Positions 41,047 through 52,455 of a stretch of 64,000 nt of DNA are shown piece by piece. The position numbers and the translations under genes were made by a program. Each line of letters begins with the position of its first letter. The stretch's first letter is position 1. The stretch is from an uncultured archaeon (GTDB taxonomy: Archaea > Asgardarchaeota > Lokiarchaeia > Sigyniarchaeales > SOKP01). The notes under the pieces are model-generated. The model was not told where the DNA came from. It did no database searches and was given only the letters and a program-made list of their open reading frames with translations. Location of the stretch: assembly GCA_964525635.1 (NCBI GenBank), contig CAZGJX010000004.1:1-64000 (forward strand), read 5' to 3'.

Positions 41047-42651
41047 CTAAATCTCTATTAAATTGATATTATTTATAGTTTTTTTCATTTCAAGATTTGA
41101 GATTAAAAAAATAAGATTGAAATCTTTTAAATCTTTATTACTCTCAAATATTGGGACTATTTTTTCTATTGTTCTAAATAAAGACCCTCTCTTATTAAAT
41201 CTTTGATTGATAAAGAGATTTGAAAAAATGATATCTTTGTTATTTAAAACAATCATGATAGAAATAAAAAACATAACTACGAAGAAAATTTTCTCCGGAG
41301 TTGTTAATTCTTTAAAAAGTGATGATTCTTTATTATTTCGAATAAAATTAGGCTGAATTAAAAATTTTTTATCCTTATTATCTATTTTTATATTGAAGTT
41401 TATTTCTAAATTAATTGTAATTAAAAACTGATTTATTAATTGTTCAATGTTATTCGTTAATAATTCAAGATCTCTAAATTTTGCAATACTTGAAGTTATA
41501 ATTTTAATTTCTGGAGGAAAAATTAAATTATCATTATTAGTTTTGATATTTTTAATGATATTTGAAATTTGATTGTTTATATTTTTGAAATTTTTAATAT
41601 TATTTTCATTAAAATCTTGTATAGAATTTTTTATTTGCTTCATTTCTCTGTTGATATAATCCATTTCTTTTTGAATTTCTTCATGAGATCTAATATTATT
41701 TAGCTGAAGAGGTTTTATTTTATTAAATTGATCTTGATTATTATCAGATAAAATTTGTTTAATTTCATTTTGGATCTTTTTTATTTGAATCTCTTGGTTC
41801 TCTATAGTAGATTTTAATGAATTGTAGTCTTTTTCATATACTTTAAATTTAGGATCAATTTTATCTAAATTTTCAATTTCAAGATCTAGATTTGATTTTA
41901 TTCGATTAATTTCATCATGAACCGATTTTGCTTCCTCTCGAAGTTTCATTATCATTTCTGAATTAGATAGGTCAGTCTCCATAAAAGAATTGTCCTTCTT
42001 AAAATTAGGATCTTCCATACTTCTCGTAATTTTATTGATCTCACTGAATTTTTGTTTTTTTTGATTTGATAGATCTCTAATTTGGTTTTTATTTTTGTCA
42101 ATTGTTTTTAAGATTTGATCTCTCTGATCTCTTATATTAAAGAAATCTTTTCCTAAAAAAGATAATTTTTCCTCGGTTTTAATTATATTTTTATTTAATT
42201 TATTTAATAGATCTGTTTTTGCTGATAATATACTTGATTTATCTTTAATTTTAGATAATTCTAATTCATGTGTTAAAGATTTTTTTTTAAATCTTAAAAG
42301 ATTAAGGTCTAAAATAGACAAAAATGATTCTAAAGTATTAATATATTCACTAAGAATTGAGATATTATTATCTGAGATTATTCTAAACAAGTTTAAAAAT
42401 TCTAAAATCATATTATATTCTTCTAATTTCTTATAGGAAACATTAATATCACTTAAAAACTTTAGAAAATGATCTATTGGTATAGAATCAAAATCTTCAA
42501 AAGATTCAAATTTCTCAATGATTTTATACGAATTTAACTGTTCTTTTTCAAAATTTCCTGAAATTAAAGTGTATTTATCCTTGATAGGAATTGTTTTATC
42601 TCCAATTGAAACTTCAATTTTATTATTAGATATTTTTAACCACAGTTTTAT
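41047..42651 (-). CDS. short SMC/Rad50-like coiled-coil protein with degenerate ATPase head (534 aa if started at ATA 42651)
   Basis: Frame open 80 codons upstream of the ORF-track start; long coiled coil; YTLISGN at Walker A position, ELTTPEK at signature position, IIFSNL at Walker B position, LIFLISN at H-loop position. Confidence 0.6.
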   Translation of the reverse strand: MKLWLKISNNKIEVSIGDKTIPIKDKYTLISGNFEKEQLNSYKIIEKFESFEDFDSIPIDHFLKFLSDINVSYKKLEEYNMILEFLNLFRIISDNNISILSEYINTLESFLSILDLNLLRFKKKSLTHELELSKIKDKSSILSAKTDLLNKLNKNIIKTEEKLSFLGKDFFNIRDQRDQILKTIDKNKNQIRDLSNQKKQKFSEINKITRSMEDPNFKKDNSFMETDLSNSEMIMKLREEAKSVHDEINRIKSNLDLEIENLDKIDPKFKVYEKDYNSLKSTIENQEIQIKKIQNEIKQILSDNNQDQFNKIKPLQLNNIRSHEEIQKEMDYINREMKQIKNSIQDFNENNIKNFKNINNQISNIIKNIKTNNDNLIFPPEIKIITSSIAKFRDLELLTNNIEQLINQFLITINLEINFNIKIDNKDKKFLIQPNFIRNNKESSLFKELTTPEKIFFVVMFFISIMIVLNNKDIIFSNLFINQRFNKRGSLFRTIEKIVPIFESNKDLKDFNLIFLISNLEMKKTINNINLIEI

Positions 42652-43679
42652 TATTTTTTTAACTTGTCTATAAATTCCTTATATTCTTCTTCTTTTTTCT
42701 TTTTTCTCTCACGAATAATATTGATAGGATCTTTACTATCATCTTCCTGAATCAGATATTTATCTTCAAATGTATTCTCAAATTTTGATTTGAATTTTTT
42801 TATTTTTTCTGCTACATCTTCACTTAAACTCTCCTCTTTTTTGGGTTTTTCAGCAATTTCAGAAAGTTTTTCTCTTTTTTTTTTTCGTCTTCTCCTCTGA
42901 AATTCTTTATCAGAGTATTTAAAATAATCTTCATATGATTTTTTTTGTTCTTCTTGTGTCTTCTTTAGTACTTCTAATTTTTGCTTTTCTTTTGCTTTTT
43001 CAATTAAAACTTTTCTTTTTTTTAATTCTTGTTCAGATAACTCCTTTTCAATATTTATAATAAATTGATTAAATGTAAGAGAAGGATTTTTTAAAAAAGC
43101 TTGTTTAAAATCCTTTATTATTATAGGATCAGTATCCTCAGGAATTTCTAAAATTCTTTTTTTTAATTTTTTCTTGATTAGAATTTTATAAAAATCATAA
43201 ATCTTATCTATCGTTTTTAAGAATAATGTATTATTATGAAGAGAATCAAGTAAATCAGACCAATAATTAGCAGTTATTGAGGGAATATAAGATATTTTTT
43301 CTATTATTCTTGATATTTTCTTATTTTCAATTAAATACAATCCAATGGTTTTAGTTAATTTATTATTGAGGTTTATTCTTTTTAATTGGTTTGCATAAAT
43401 ATCTTTATACTTTTTAATTAAAGTATCTTGAAATATAATAAATTTATTTAAATTTTTTTGTGTAATATCCAATAACTTATGATTTATATTTTCTACGTTT
43501 ACAGAGATTTCTTTAATAACTAATACTAAATCTTCTTTATCTATCTTATTTTCTATATTTTCACTCAATTCAATATATCTATCATATATAGAATGAAGAG
43601 AGTCTAATTTTCCATGCAATTCTTCAATTGGACTAAAATATTTCCTAATATTGTCAAGATCAAATATTTTAGATTCCAT
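42651..43679 (-). CDS. hypothetical helical/coiled-coil protein
   Basis: ATG preceded by AGGTGA; K/E-rich C-terminus; in operon with the AAA+ ATPase. Confidence 0.75.
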   Translation of the reverse strand: MESKIFDLDNIRKYFSPIEELHGKLDSLHSIYDRYIELSENIENKIDKEDLVLVIKEISVNVENINHKLLDITQKNLNKFIIFQDTLIKKYKDIYANQLKRINLNNKLTKTIGLYLIENKKISRIIEKISYIPSITANYWSDLLDSLHNNTLFLKTIDKIYDFYKILIKKKLKKRILEIPEDTDPIIIKDFKQAFLKNPSLTFNQFIINIEKELSEQELKKRKVLIEKAKEKQKLEVLKKTQEEQKKSYEDYFKYSDKEFQRRRRKKKREKLSEIAEKPKKEESLSEDVAEKIKKFKSKFENTFEDKYLIQEDDSKDPINIIRERKKKKEEEYKEFIDKLKK

Positions 43680-43709
43680 AAATATCACCTTTAAAATAAT
43701 CAAATATCT

Positions 43710-44792
43710 TTAAATCTCTTTGGGACCCATTGATTTTTTTTTATTTAAGTTATATTTTAGATTTTTTTCTTCTGTTTGTTTTGAAATACTTACTATGTCT
43801 TGTCTTTCTACATGAACTGCTGTACCACCTACAAGCTGAATTGATTTAAGAAAAAGATCGTAAGTGAGGAGTCCTGTCTGGATTACTTTAAATAAAGCAA
43901 CTCTTGTTCCTCTTTCAATATCAGATCCAGAATATCCAATTGTTAATTTTAATAAACCGCCATTATGCATTTTTCTATCAACTTCATTCCATAATAAGTT
44001 ATCTTCAAACTCAGAAATGTTTCTATTTAATTTAGATTCTAAATTTTGATGGATCTCTTTAATCTTCTTAAATTCTTTATCTAAAGAATCATGAATGCTA
44101 CTATCAACACCAATATTAGCCTTCTCTATTTTATCTAAAAATGATTCTATAATCATTTTACGTAATTCATAATTAGGAAAATTGAATCTTAAATGAAAAG
44201 TAAATCGACGCCACATTGCAGAATCAAGTTGATGAGAATGATTAGTAGCACCCACTATAGCTAAGGCTATTCCTTCATAATTAACTCGGTCAATAACCTG
44301 TAAAAATGATATGACCGCTCGTTTTATTTCTCCGACTTCATGTATATTTGACCTTTCAGAGCCAATAGCATCAATCTCATCAAAAAATAAAACAAATGCA
44401 CCATTTTCTTTGGCAATTTCAGCAGATAACTCCACAACATTTCTGATATTTTTTATAGTGTCTCCTAGTAAAGGTGATACTAATCTATCGGATTCAACTA
44501 CACACATAGGAAGTTCATATTGTTTAGAAAATGCTCTTGTTAAAGATGTTTTTCCTGTGCCTGGTGGCCCATATAATAAAATAGTTAAATTCGGAGATAA
44601 TTTGGTCTTTTTTAATTGTACAGAAACTTCATCATATTTTTTAAGAGCCTTGAAAAAATCTTCTAATCTCTCCTTTATTGCCTCATTTCCCTTAATATCG
44701 TCAATACTTTCCTTAATATCATCAGGTAAATAAACAGCACCATATTTACCTAATCTATCCTTTATTTCTTCGTCTGTATAAGTAATTTTTAT
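43710..44792 (-). CDS. classic AAA+ ATPase (about 360 aa)
   Basis: Walker A LLYGPPGTGKTS lies in frame upstream of the ORF-track start; FFDEIDAI, GATN, LDSAMWRRF, GYSGSDI; no in-frame ATG/GTG/TTG upstream, ATA at 44792. Confidence 0.88.
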   Translation of the reverse strand: MKITYTDEEIKDRLGKYGAVYLPDDIKESIDDIKGNEAIKERLEDFFKALKKYDEVSVQLKKTKLSPNLTILLYGPPGTGKTSLTRAFSKQYELPMCVVESDRLVSPLLGDTIKNIRNVVELSAEIAKENGAFVLFFDEIDAIGSERSNIHEVGEIKRAVISFLQVIDRVNYEGIALAIVGATNHSHQLDSAMWRRFTFHLRFNFPNYELRKMIIESFLDKIEKANIGVDSSIHDSLDKEFKKIKEIHQNLESKLNRNISEFEDNLLWNEVDRKMHNGGLLKLTIGYSGSDIERGTRVALFKVIQTGLLTYDLFLKSIQLVGGTAVHVERQDIVSISKQTEEKNLKYNLNKKKSMGPKEI

Positions 44793-44813
44793 GCATCTCT
44801 TTTTTCTATTATT

Positions 44814-46052
44814 TTATTTATTTTTTTTTTCTTTATCAATTTTTTTACAATAATGTGATACTTCTTCAATTAGATCTTGAAGATTATCTATCTGGGAACC
44901 AATAAAATTAAAAATTTCTTTTCTATATTGAGGAGAATCTCTAATTTTTGTTTTATCTAATCCAAGGTAATTTGGAAAACAGATTAATTTCATTAAATAA
45001 GGTAGAACTTTTTCATTAGTCTGAAGATCCTTAAAAATAGCATAAAAGATATTCTCATCTGAGAGCTTCCATTTTAATATTCCCATATAGACTAAAAAAG
45101 CAAAATTCATTGCAATCCAATTTATAAGTTCCTTAGACAAAAATCCTCTCCTTCTTGAAGCGAATGCTAGATAATATATTATAAGGGTCTCATTACTAAA
45201 TTGTGGAATTAATCTATTTACTCCATCAGATTGTTTATTTTCTTTTAAATAATTATTATCAATCAATATATCAACAAATTTATTTTCTGGACCTAAAAAG
45301 ATACCATCTATAACACGAAGACCTATTCTTTTAGCTATACTTTCTATAGATTCTTGTTCTGTATTAGCAATTGAATCAATGTAAGGTAAAAACATATCAT
45401 TTTTCAAAATTAAAGGAAGTTCATAGTTATCTCGCTCAGGAAAGGGTCCATAATTAGGATCTAAGTTGTATAATGATGTAATGTTATTAATAATTTGATA
45501 AACTTTTGGTGATAAACCTGGAATTATAAAAAAATCTGGATTATCTAATTCTTCTCTATAATAAGTATGAGATTTTAATAAATGTCTTTGTGATTCATAG
45601 AATTCTGATGCATAATTTAATAATTTTTCATATGTTATTTTAATTGTATTACCCCTTGGAAATAAAATATTTTCGATGAATTTTGTTAATTTATATAAAT
45701 ATGTTTTTTCAAGATCTCTTTGATCTGGATTTGATATATTTCCAAGAACTGTTAAAGCATCAACAGATTCTTGGAGGAATTCAATAATATAATCTTTAAT
45801 ATCTATAAGTGTAATTTTATCCTTATATTTAATAATAAAATCTTTCATTATTTCATAAACATTTGATCGATACATGGCAGAGAATTCCGATAATGCACGT
45901 ACTTTACGAACATTTCTTTTTTCTTCCTCTTCTCGAATTTTATCCAGAACTTCTGTATCATACAATAAATCAGGATCTAAATCTTCGATAATTCTTCTTG
46001 TTTCTCGAAGAATCGGCCTCATATGACTAAGAAATGTTTGATAACGTGGCAA
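44814..46052 (-). CDS. hypothetical protein, first gene of the AAA+/SMC-like operon
   Basis: 412-aa ORF; the frame extends nine codons further to ATT at 46079. Confidence 0.75.
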   Translation of the reverse strand: MPRYQTFLSHMRPILRETRRIIEDLDPDLLYDTEVLDKIREEEEKRNVRKVRALSEFSAMYRSNVYEIMKDFIIKYKDKITLIDIKDYIIEFLQESVDALTVLGNISNPDQRDLEKTYLYKLTKFIENILFPRGNTIKITYEKLLNYASEFYESQRHLLKSHTYYREELDNPDFFIIPGLSPKVYQIINNITSLYNLDPNYGPFPERDNYELPLILKNDMFLPYIDSIANTEQESIESIAKRIGLRVIDGIFLGPENKFVDILIDNNYLKENKQSDGVNRLIPQFSNETLIIYYLAFASRRRGFLSKELINWIAMNFAFLVYMGILKWKLSDENIFYAIFKDLQTNEKVLPYLMKLICFPNYLGLDKTKIRDSPQYRKEIFNFIGSQIDNLQDLIEEVSHYCKKIDKEKKNK

Positions 46053-46583
46053 AATATCAGTCCATTTCTCTGAACGAATTTTTTATCATCTCATTCCGAT
46101 ATTCAGATTAATTTTTAATTTCTTTTTTTTCAATAAAGTGAATTTGAATAGATCTAAATATTTGGAAAAAAAAGTTATTCTTGTAAATAAAACATTTCTA
46201 AAAAATTTTACTGAAGAGAACGAAAATACATAATCTGAATAAAGTTATACTTTATTTTACTAAATTTTAATTGTTATCTTTAGGTGGTTCATATTCATTG
46301 AATATATATACATATCAATCTCTCTAACCAAATTTTTACTCATTTCATGAATTTGTCTTTAAATTATTTTAGCTAAAGTATGATTATATAATTGAATAAT
46401 AAATATATTAAATAATTAATTTTTAGATAAATCCTTGAATAGGTTCATGATATTATAAATATTATGACAATTATCCCTCTACTAATTAAAATAAAAAATG
46501 TGGTTTTAGTGAAAATAACATGAATTTTTTTAAAATATACAATTTAAAAAGAATTCTTAAAATCAATAATTAATCCCCTATTC

Positions 46584-48767
46584 TTATTGATTAAAATCAT
46601 TATAGTTCTTAAAATAAAAAGCTAAGATTGGAATCAAATCTTTTGGAGTAATAATAACTAATTTCTTACTTTTCCATTTAGTGATTTCAATTAATGCCAT
46701 TTTTAATTGAGTGTCAACAACTCTTCCAGATACAATTAATACAAAACTAATTGATTCATTAAAACATGCTTCGATAAATTGTTCTAATAAATTATCATTA
46801 TTTTTAAAAGTTAATTTGCTAAAGGGGATGTCATGAATGTATTCAAGATTATCATTAGATGTTTTCTTATAACTCTTTGCAATTCCATAAATTAATTCAA
46901 GACCAGTAGAAAATTTCTGGGAAAATTCAAAATCTCCAAACTCCAATCCACTATGAGGATGTGACTGACCATTAGATAGTTTAGAAAAAATTTTAGAGAT
47001 ACAATCAATTTCAGAATTCTTAAGCAAATGACAATTTCTACACTTTCCTTTGTATTCTTTGCATTTTTCTAAAATTTGTGTTATATTTTGAGTTTGAGCT
47101 TTTTGAATTGTTAGATGAAGCTCATTTATTTTAGGGATTTTTTTAAAACTTGGTAATTCGTTCCATTGATATAAAAGTTTCTTTTCATTAATAGTTCTAT
47201 ATAGCTTATTCTCTTTAATATAATATATCTCTTTATCGTTATTTATCAGAAATCCAATTTCTAATATTTTAAATATTTTATTAATCTCTGTTTTTAATTC
47301 TAAACTAAAGATGTATGCAAATATCTCATTTTTATTCAAATATTGTTTATGGTTGTTTATACATTCAATTTCTATTTCTTCTGATATTTCAGTTTTGCAT
47401 TGAATGCATTTTATTAATTTATCTTTTCCACTCTTTTTATTTTTTATAAAATTGGTTGAATTACAATCTTCGTTTGGACATTGAAGAATTGCATTAGAAT
47501 CACTTTTTTGACATCTAGAATTAACAGAATTGATTAGAAAATCTTGAAAATAATATGCTATATCGGAAGGAAATAGAAATTCTACACATTCTATTTTTGT
47601 ATTATTTTTTAAAATAATTACTTTCTCTATTAATTCTAATAATTTTTCTTGGGCGTTCTTACTTCTAATATAATTATATAATTTTGTTCTTTTGATATAA
47701 TCATGAGATCTAATATATAAACTAAAATCTTTTGTTAAAAGAAATTCATCTTGTATTTTCATTAATTCTATTAATAACTCAATGAGCCAATCTCTGCATT
47801 TATCAATTTTAATATACTTTCCCTTTAATGAGATTTTACCAACCTCTGAGACGTCTATTTTAATTTTCTTGGAAAATCCTTTAATACTTGTAAAATAGGT
47901 TCCCATCTTCCTTTCATATTCTTTTAAAAACGCATATATAGGCTCTTTTTGTTTTTCGGGAAATTTCTTATCAATTATTATAATAGAATCTAAATATGAA
48001 TTATCAATCTCTCTTTTAGATGCAAGAGCTATTTTTATAATTTCATTAAAATCAAAAATCTTATCTATAATATCTTTCTGTAAATTAAATTTCCAAAAGA
48101 CAGTTTTAAATAATTTTTCAAAAAATTTAATTATTGCTTCAACAATTCTATAAGCTTGGCATTTTATGATAACTAAATGATTTATAATATCAATCCAAAA
48201 TAATCCAAACTTTAATGAATATACATAACTTGGAATATAGTCTTTATCAAGATAATTTATTTTCTCTAAAAAATCGAATTTGAACTCTATAATTTTTTCT
48301 TTCCAAATATTTTTATTTAATAATTTAAATTCTTTAAACCTTAGATTAGATATATTATCTGCATTTTCAACTCTTTATTTTAGTGTAAATTTACAATATT
48401 CATTTAATTTCAATCCTTTAAATGATGCTCTAATTATTTTACTTAATTCAGTAGTATTTTCAAAATTATGTTCCTTATATTTATATAAGTAAAAAATAGG
48501 ATTAGTACTGTCTCGAAATTGAAAAAATAATTCCTTTTCTTCACTGATTGATAATATATTACATATTATAAAAAATTCAATGAGTTTATAATGAGGAAGA
48601 TTATTAATTCTTTGCTTTGGATTTTCTACTTCTTTTTTGAAAACTTTTAAATATTTTTTTTTTAATTCTTGTTTCGAATAGTTCTTTTTATTTAAAATTC
48701 CTATTAAATAAGAATCTGGAACTACATTCAAGAAAAAATGACGTTGAGGATTTTTGTCTAAACTCAT
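46584..48767 (-). pseudogene. putative Zn-binding restriction-endonuclease-like gene broken by one TAA at 48375-48377
   Basis: ORFs 48375-48767 and 46584-47906 share a frame that is open between them; Cys clusters; C-terminal EFGDFEF...GIAKS resembles PD-(D/E)xK. Confidence 0.65.
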
Positions 48768-49018
48768 TTTTTGATACTAGGAAAAATGAAATATAAGATT
48801 ATGTCTTTAATAAAGAATCTTTCTACATTTATTTAAGTTTTAACATATTTCTTAATATTTTATCATTTTTAGTTTTAATATGTAATTAAAACATTTCCAT
48901 ATAATAGATTTCAAAGTTTGATCAATTAATTCAGCTAAAAGTTTTTTTTTTTAAATATGACTATCTAATTTTTTCTAGAAATAATACATAATTATTTCTA
49001 AATAAATGATGAAGTACT

Positions 49019-49363
49019 ATGATAAAAAATAGAAATTATCAATACTTAGTTAGATTTTTAACATTAATTGGAGGAATTGGTGGATTCTTTTTTTCTTTCA
49101 CAAATTTATATCATATTATTGATGTTATTGAATTAATTAACATAGAAGGGTTCACATATATTATAATAAATTGTATTGGAATGATATTTGCAGAAATAGT
49201 AATGCTATTTTCAATAAGACCTAACAAACCTATTCCAATTCATTTTGTACTAATTGGAATTATGGGTTTTTTAATTATGATTTTCAGTTATTTTTGGTGT
49301 GGTTTTTTATTATTAATCGGAGGAGGTATTGATTTAATTACTAGAACAGGTGGGAAAGAATGA
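49019..49363 (+). CDS. small membrane protein
   Basis: 114 aa, about four hydrophobic helices; ATGA overlap with the next gene. Confidence 0.65.
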   Translation: MIKNRNYQYLVRFLTLIGGIGGFFFSFTNLYHIIDVIELINIEGFTYIIINCIGMIFAEIVMLFSIRPNKPIPIHFVLIGIMGFLIMIFSYFWCGFLLLIGGGIDLITRTGGKE

Positions 49364-52300
49364 AATATTTTATAAAAATACATTATAAGTTTATTGTTTT
49401 AATAATTCTAGCTTTTTTAATTTTTAATTTTATTCCAAACTTAGATTTAATGCATTATAATGAAGATAAATTTGAATCCTCTAGCTTTACTAATGAATTA
49501 TTATGCTCTAGTATAAAAAGTAATTATAATATAATTGAAGATCTCTTTAAAGATAAAATAGAACAATATTCAGAAAATAACTATTATAATCAATATTACA
49601 CCCCTTCTTTACAAGGAATGTTTTATGCTCTATATATATTAGATGTTATTGGAAAATTAAATTCAGCTAACCATACTTCAATGGTCTCCTATATAATAAA
49701 TCAATATGATGAAGATTTACAATTTTTTATGGGTGATTATTCATACCATTATTTGGACACAGACTTTAATTTAAAGTACTATTCTTTAAATTCAGTATTA
49801 GAAGTAAATTGCTATGCTGTTTTATCTCTTAATATTTTAAACAGAACTGATTTAATAAATTCAGAGAAATTTATTGATTTTATTTGGAGTTGTTTTAATC
49901 CTAATAAAGGGGGATTTATAGAACAACCATTTAATCATGATATTCATCCATTTTTTAAATTACCAACATTAGACAACACTTATTTCGCAATTCTTACCTT
50001 AGATTTGTTAAATAATGATTGGAGTTTAAATAGAGGGGAAAAAAATAATATAACTAATTTTGTTAACAGTTTGCAAAGTGACATGAGTAGTGATATCTTC
50101 TTTGGAGGTTTTCTCAATGACAATAATGATAATTTTAATAGTCTAAATTGTTTTGAACCAAATCTTCTTTCAAGTTTTTATGCAATAAAGATTCTTGACA
50201 TTTTTGGATTAAAGGAGACAATTGATATGAATAATTTCTATTCATATTTGGGATTTTTATATGATTCAAATGAGAATTATTTTAATTTTGCTGGATTATT
50301 GCCATCTAATAATTATTCAAATTTAATCGCTAGTAGTTTAGGATTAGATCTTTCTATTATTACTAATTATTTGAATATAAGCAAACAAGAGATTATTACA
50401 TTCTTATTAGAAAATCAGAATGGTATAGGATTATGGTCTCATACTACAGAAACCGAAACACTTCAATTAATTGATACTTTTCAAATAATCAGATCTTTAA
50501 AAGAATCAGGTAATATAGATATATTAAATGAATCTAATAAAAATAAAATTTCTGAAGCATTATCACTTTTTACCTCTAATCATGGATATAGTATAACACC
50601 TCACACGTTTACTCTTCAATCTACTTTAAACACAGTAATAAGATCATTTTATTTGCATGATAGAATTTCTGAATTAGAAATCCAAGATCTTTATTCAAAA
50701 ATCGAGAAATCTTATTATGATTCAGATAATGATCCTAGTCGAGGATTTTATGCTTGTATAAATTTAGATAGGGCATATTCAGATTTTCGTTGTCTTCCTA
50801 TAGAGTTTCATAATTTTGGAAATCATATATTCACATCAAAAATTGATTATCCAAATGCTCAAAAACATACTTATTTAGCATTGGATTCTTTGAGAAATAT
50901 TTTTAAAATGGATGATTTTTCAAGAAGACATAATCTAACTGAATTATTGCATAGTATATTAAATTGCCAATATATGGATGAGAATTCTCCTTACTATGGG
51001 GGTTTTATCCCTTTTGAAGGATTAAACCAATTGAATACAACAAATAAAGAAAAATTCATATTCTTAGAAAATTCTTACTATACAATCAAATGCTTAGAAT
51101 TACTCTCTCAGATTCTTGGCTTAAATTCTATAACTAATATGAGTTTTAATAAAGAAGCCTTATTCAATTATTTACAAAGTAATGTAAAAGAAACAGATTC
51201 GGAAGTTTATTTTCAACCATCTTATAGCTCAGATATAGAACTTGCATTAAAAAATACGTATTTTATGATCTATATACTACAGACTCTAAACCTTTATGAT
51301 CTTAACACTCTGAAAATTAAGAATTTCATTTCAAATCATTTAAATTATGAAAATATTATTAATATCTACTATTCATATAAAATCTCTGAACTATTAAAGT
51401 TAAATTTTCCATTCGATTCTGAAAAGATATATGAATTGGTTAAATTATTATTTGTTGAAGATATAAAAGAATTCAAAGTATCTAAAGATTTTAATGTAAT
51501 TAATCAAGAAATTGTTTTATGGATAGTAGAAATGGCGAAATTTAGTCCTCTTGAAATTGATTTTGATTATCAAGAGATGATTAAATTAGGAAGTGTAAAT
51601 ACGATAAGATTAAAATTTCAAAACATGATTCTTAAAGAATTTGGAGATTATGTTATAATAATATATGAAAATGAGCAATTAGGTACACTTTATTTTGAGG
51701 AACAATATGATAAATCATATCAAGTAAGTTTCTATATCCCTGAAGAACCTCAATATTTTCCTTCTATAGATGGTAAAGTTAAAATTTATATAAATGGTGT
51801 CTTGACAAAAGAATTAAATATTGAAATACAGACAGAACTAGATCAAGTAATAATAGAAAAGATCAATAAAGTAAACACAGAAATATGTTTTGAATACAAT
51901 ATCTCTCGACTAACTAATTCTGAATATCTCGCTTTAGGTAATTCTTCACTAAAAACAGAGATTTATTACCAAAATAATCTTATTGATATAGTTAATTTTG
52001 AAGAGGAAGTGTTTATTAACCATACTTATTATTTCCTTGAATATAATTGTTCTTTCGAAGGTCTTTTTGAGTTTAAAATAGTATTAACTGATGATTTTTA
52101 TCCCTATGGTTTAGATTTATCAATTATACCTTTTGAGGTTGAGTTTCAAAATACTGAATTAAATAATAATCTAATTTTCACTGGTCCCTTATTAGCAGTT
52201 CTATGTTTGATGCTAAGTTCAGCAATATTAATTATTTCAATCAATTCTGGAAAATATTTAAAAAATAAGTTTTGGGTTAAAAATCCAAAAGTGAACCCCC

Positions 52301-52380
52301 ATATAGTAAAAGAAGAAGAAGACTACAATACAATTGATAATAAACTTAAATCATATGTAAAAAAACTCTTTAAAGATTGA
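49360..52380 (+). CDS. secreted/membrane-anchored alpha/alpha-toroid (prenyltransferase/squalene-oxidase-like repeat) protein
   Basis: N-terminal signal/TM; repeated Q..GGF....TY.A+..L units; C-terminal TM. Confidence 0.7.
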   Translation: MKYFIKIHYKFIVLIILAFLIFNFIPNLDLMHYNEDKFESSSFTNELLCSSIKSNYNIIEDLFKDKIEQYSENNYYNQYYTPSLQGMFYALYILDVIGKLNSANHTSMVSYIINQYDEDLQFFMGDYSYHYLDTDFNLKYYSLNSVLEVNCYAVLSLNILNRTDLINSEKFIDFIWSCFNPNKGGFIEQPFNHDIHPFFKLPTLDNTYFAILTLDLLNNDWSLNRGEKNNITNFVNSLQSDMSSDIFFGGFLNDNNDNFNSLNCFEPNLLSSFYAIKILDIFGLKETIDMNNFYSYLGFLYDSNENYFNFAGLLPSNNYSNLIASSLGLDLSIITNYLNISKQEIITFLLENQNGIGLWSHTTETETLQLIDTFQIIRSLKESGNIDILNESNKNKISEALSLFTSNHGYSITPHTFTLQSTLNTVIRSFYLHDRISELEIQDLYSKIEKSYYDSDNDPSRGFYACINLDRAYSDFRCLPIEFHNFGNHIFTSKIDYPNAQKHTYLALDSLRNIFKMDDFSRRHNLTELLHSILNCQYMDENSPYYGGFIPFEGLNQLNTTNKEKFIFLENSYYTIKCLELLSQILGLNSITNMSFNKEALFNYLQSNVKETDSEVYFQPSYSSDIELALKNTYFMIYILQTLNLYDLNTLKIKNFISNHLNYENIINIYYSYKISELLKLNFPFDSEKIYELVKLLFVEDIKEFKVSKDFNVINQEIVLWIVEMAKFSPLEIDFDYQEMIKLGSVNTIRLKFQNMILKEFGDYVIIIYENEQLGTLYFEEQYDKSYQVSFYIPEEPQYFPSIDGKVKIYINGVLTKELNIEIQTELDQVIIEKINKVNTEICFEYNISRLTNSEYLALGNSSLKTEIYYQNNLIDIVNFEEEVFINHTYYFLEYNCSFEGLFEFKIVLTDDFYPYGLDLSIIPFEVEFQNTELNNNLIFTGPLLAVLCLMLSSAILIISINSGKYLKNKFWVKNPKVNPHIVKEEEDYNTIDNKLKSYVKKLFKD

Positions 52381-52455
52381 TCTATTACATTAATTTTTTT
52401 TTTTCTTATTTCATTTCTTTTTTCTTTAAATAATTATATATTAAATTTTTATTAA

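Noticed and set aside
43710-44792. AAA+ ATPase as Vps4/CdvC or proteasome-activating nucleotidase
   Set aside because: The N-terminus is too short for a MIT or coiled-coil/OB domain, and no ESCRT-III-like neighbour was recognised.
48360-48395. Possible third mRNA intron at the in-frame TAA
   Set aside because: No hairpin or BHB pairing is visible; a point nonsense change is simpler.
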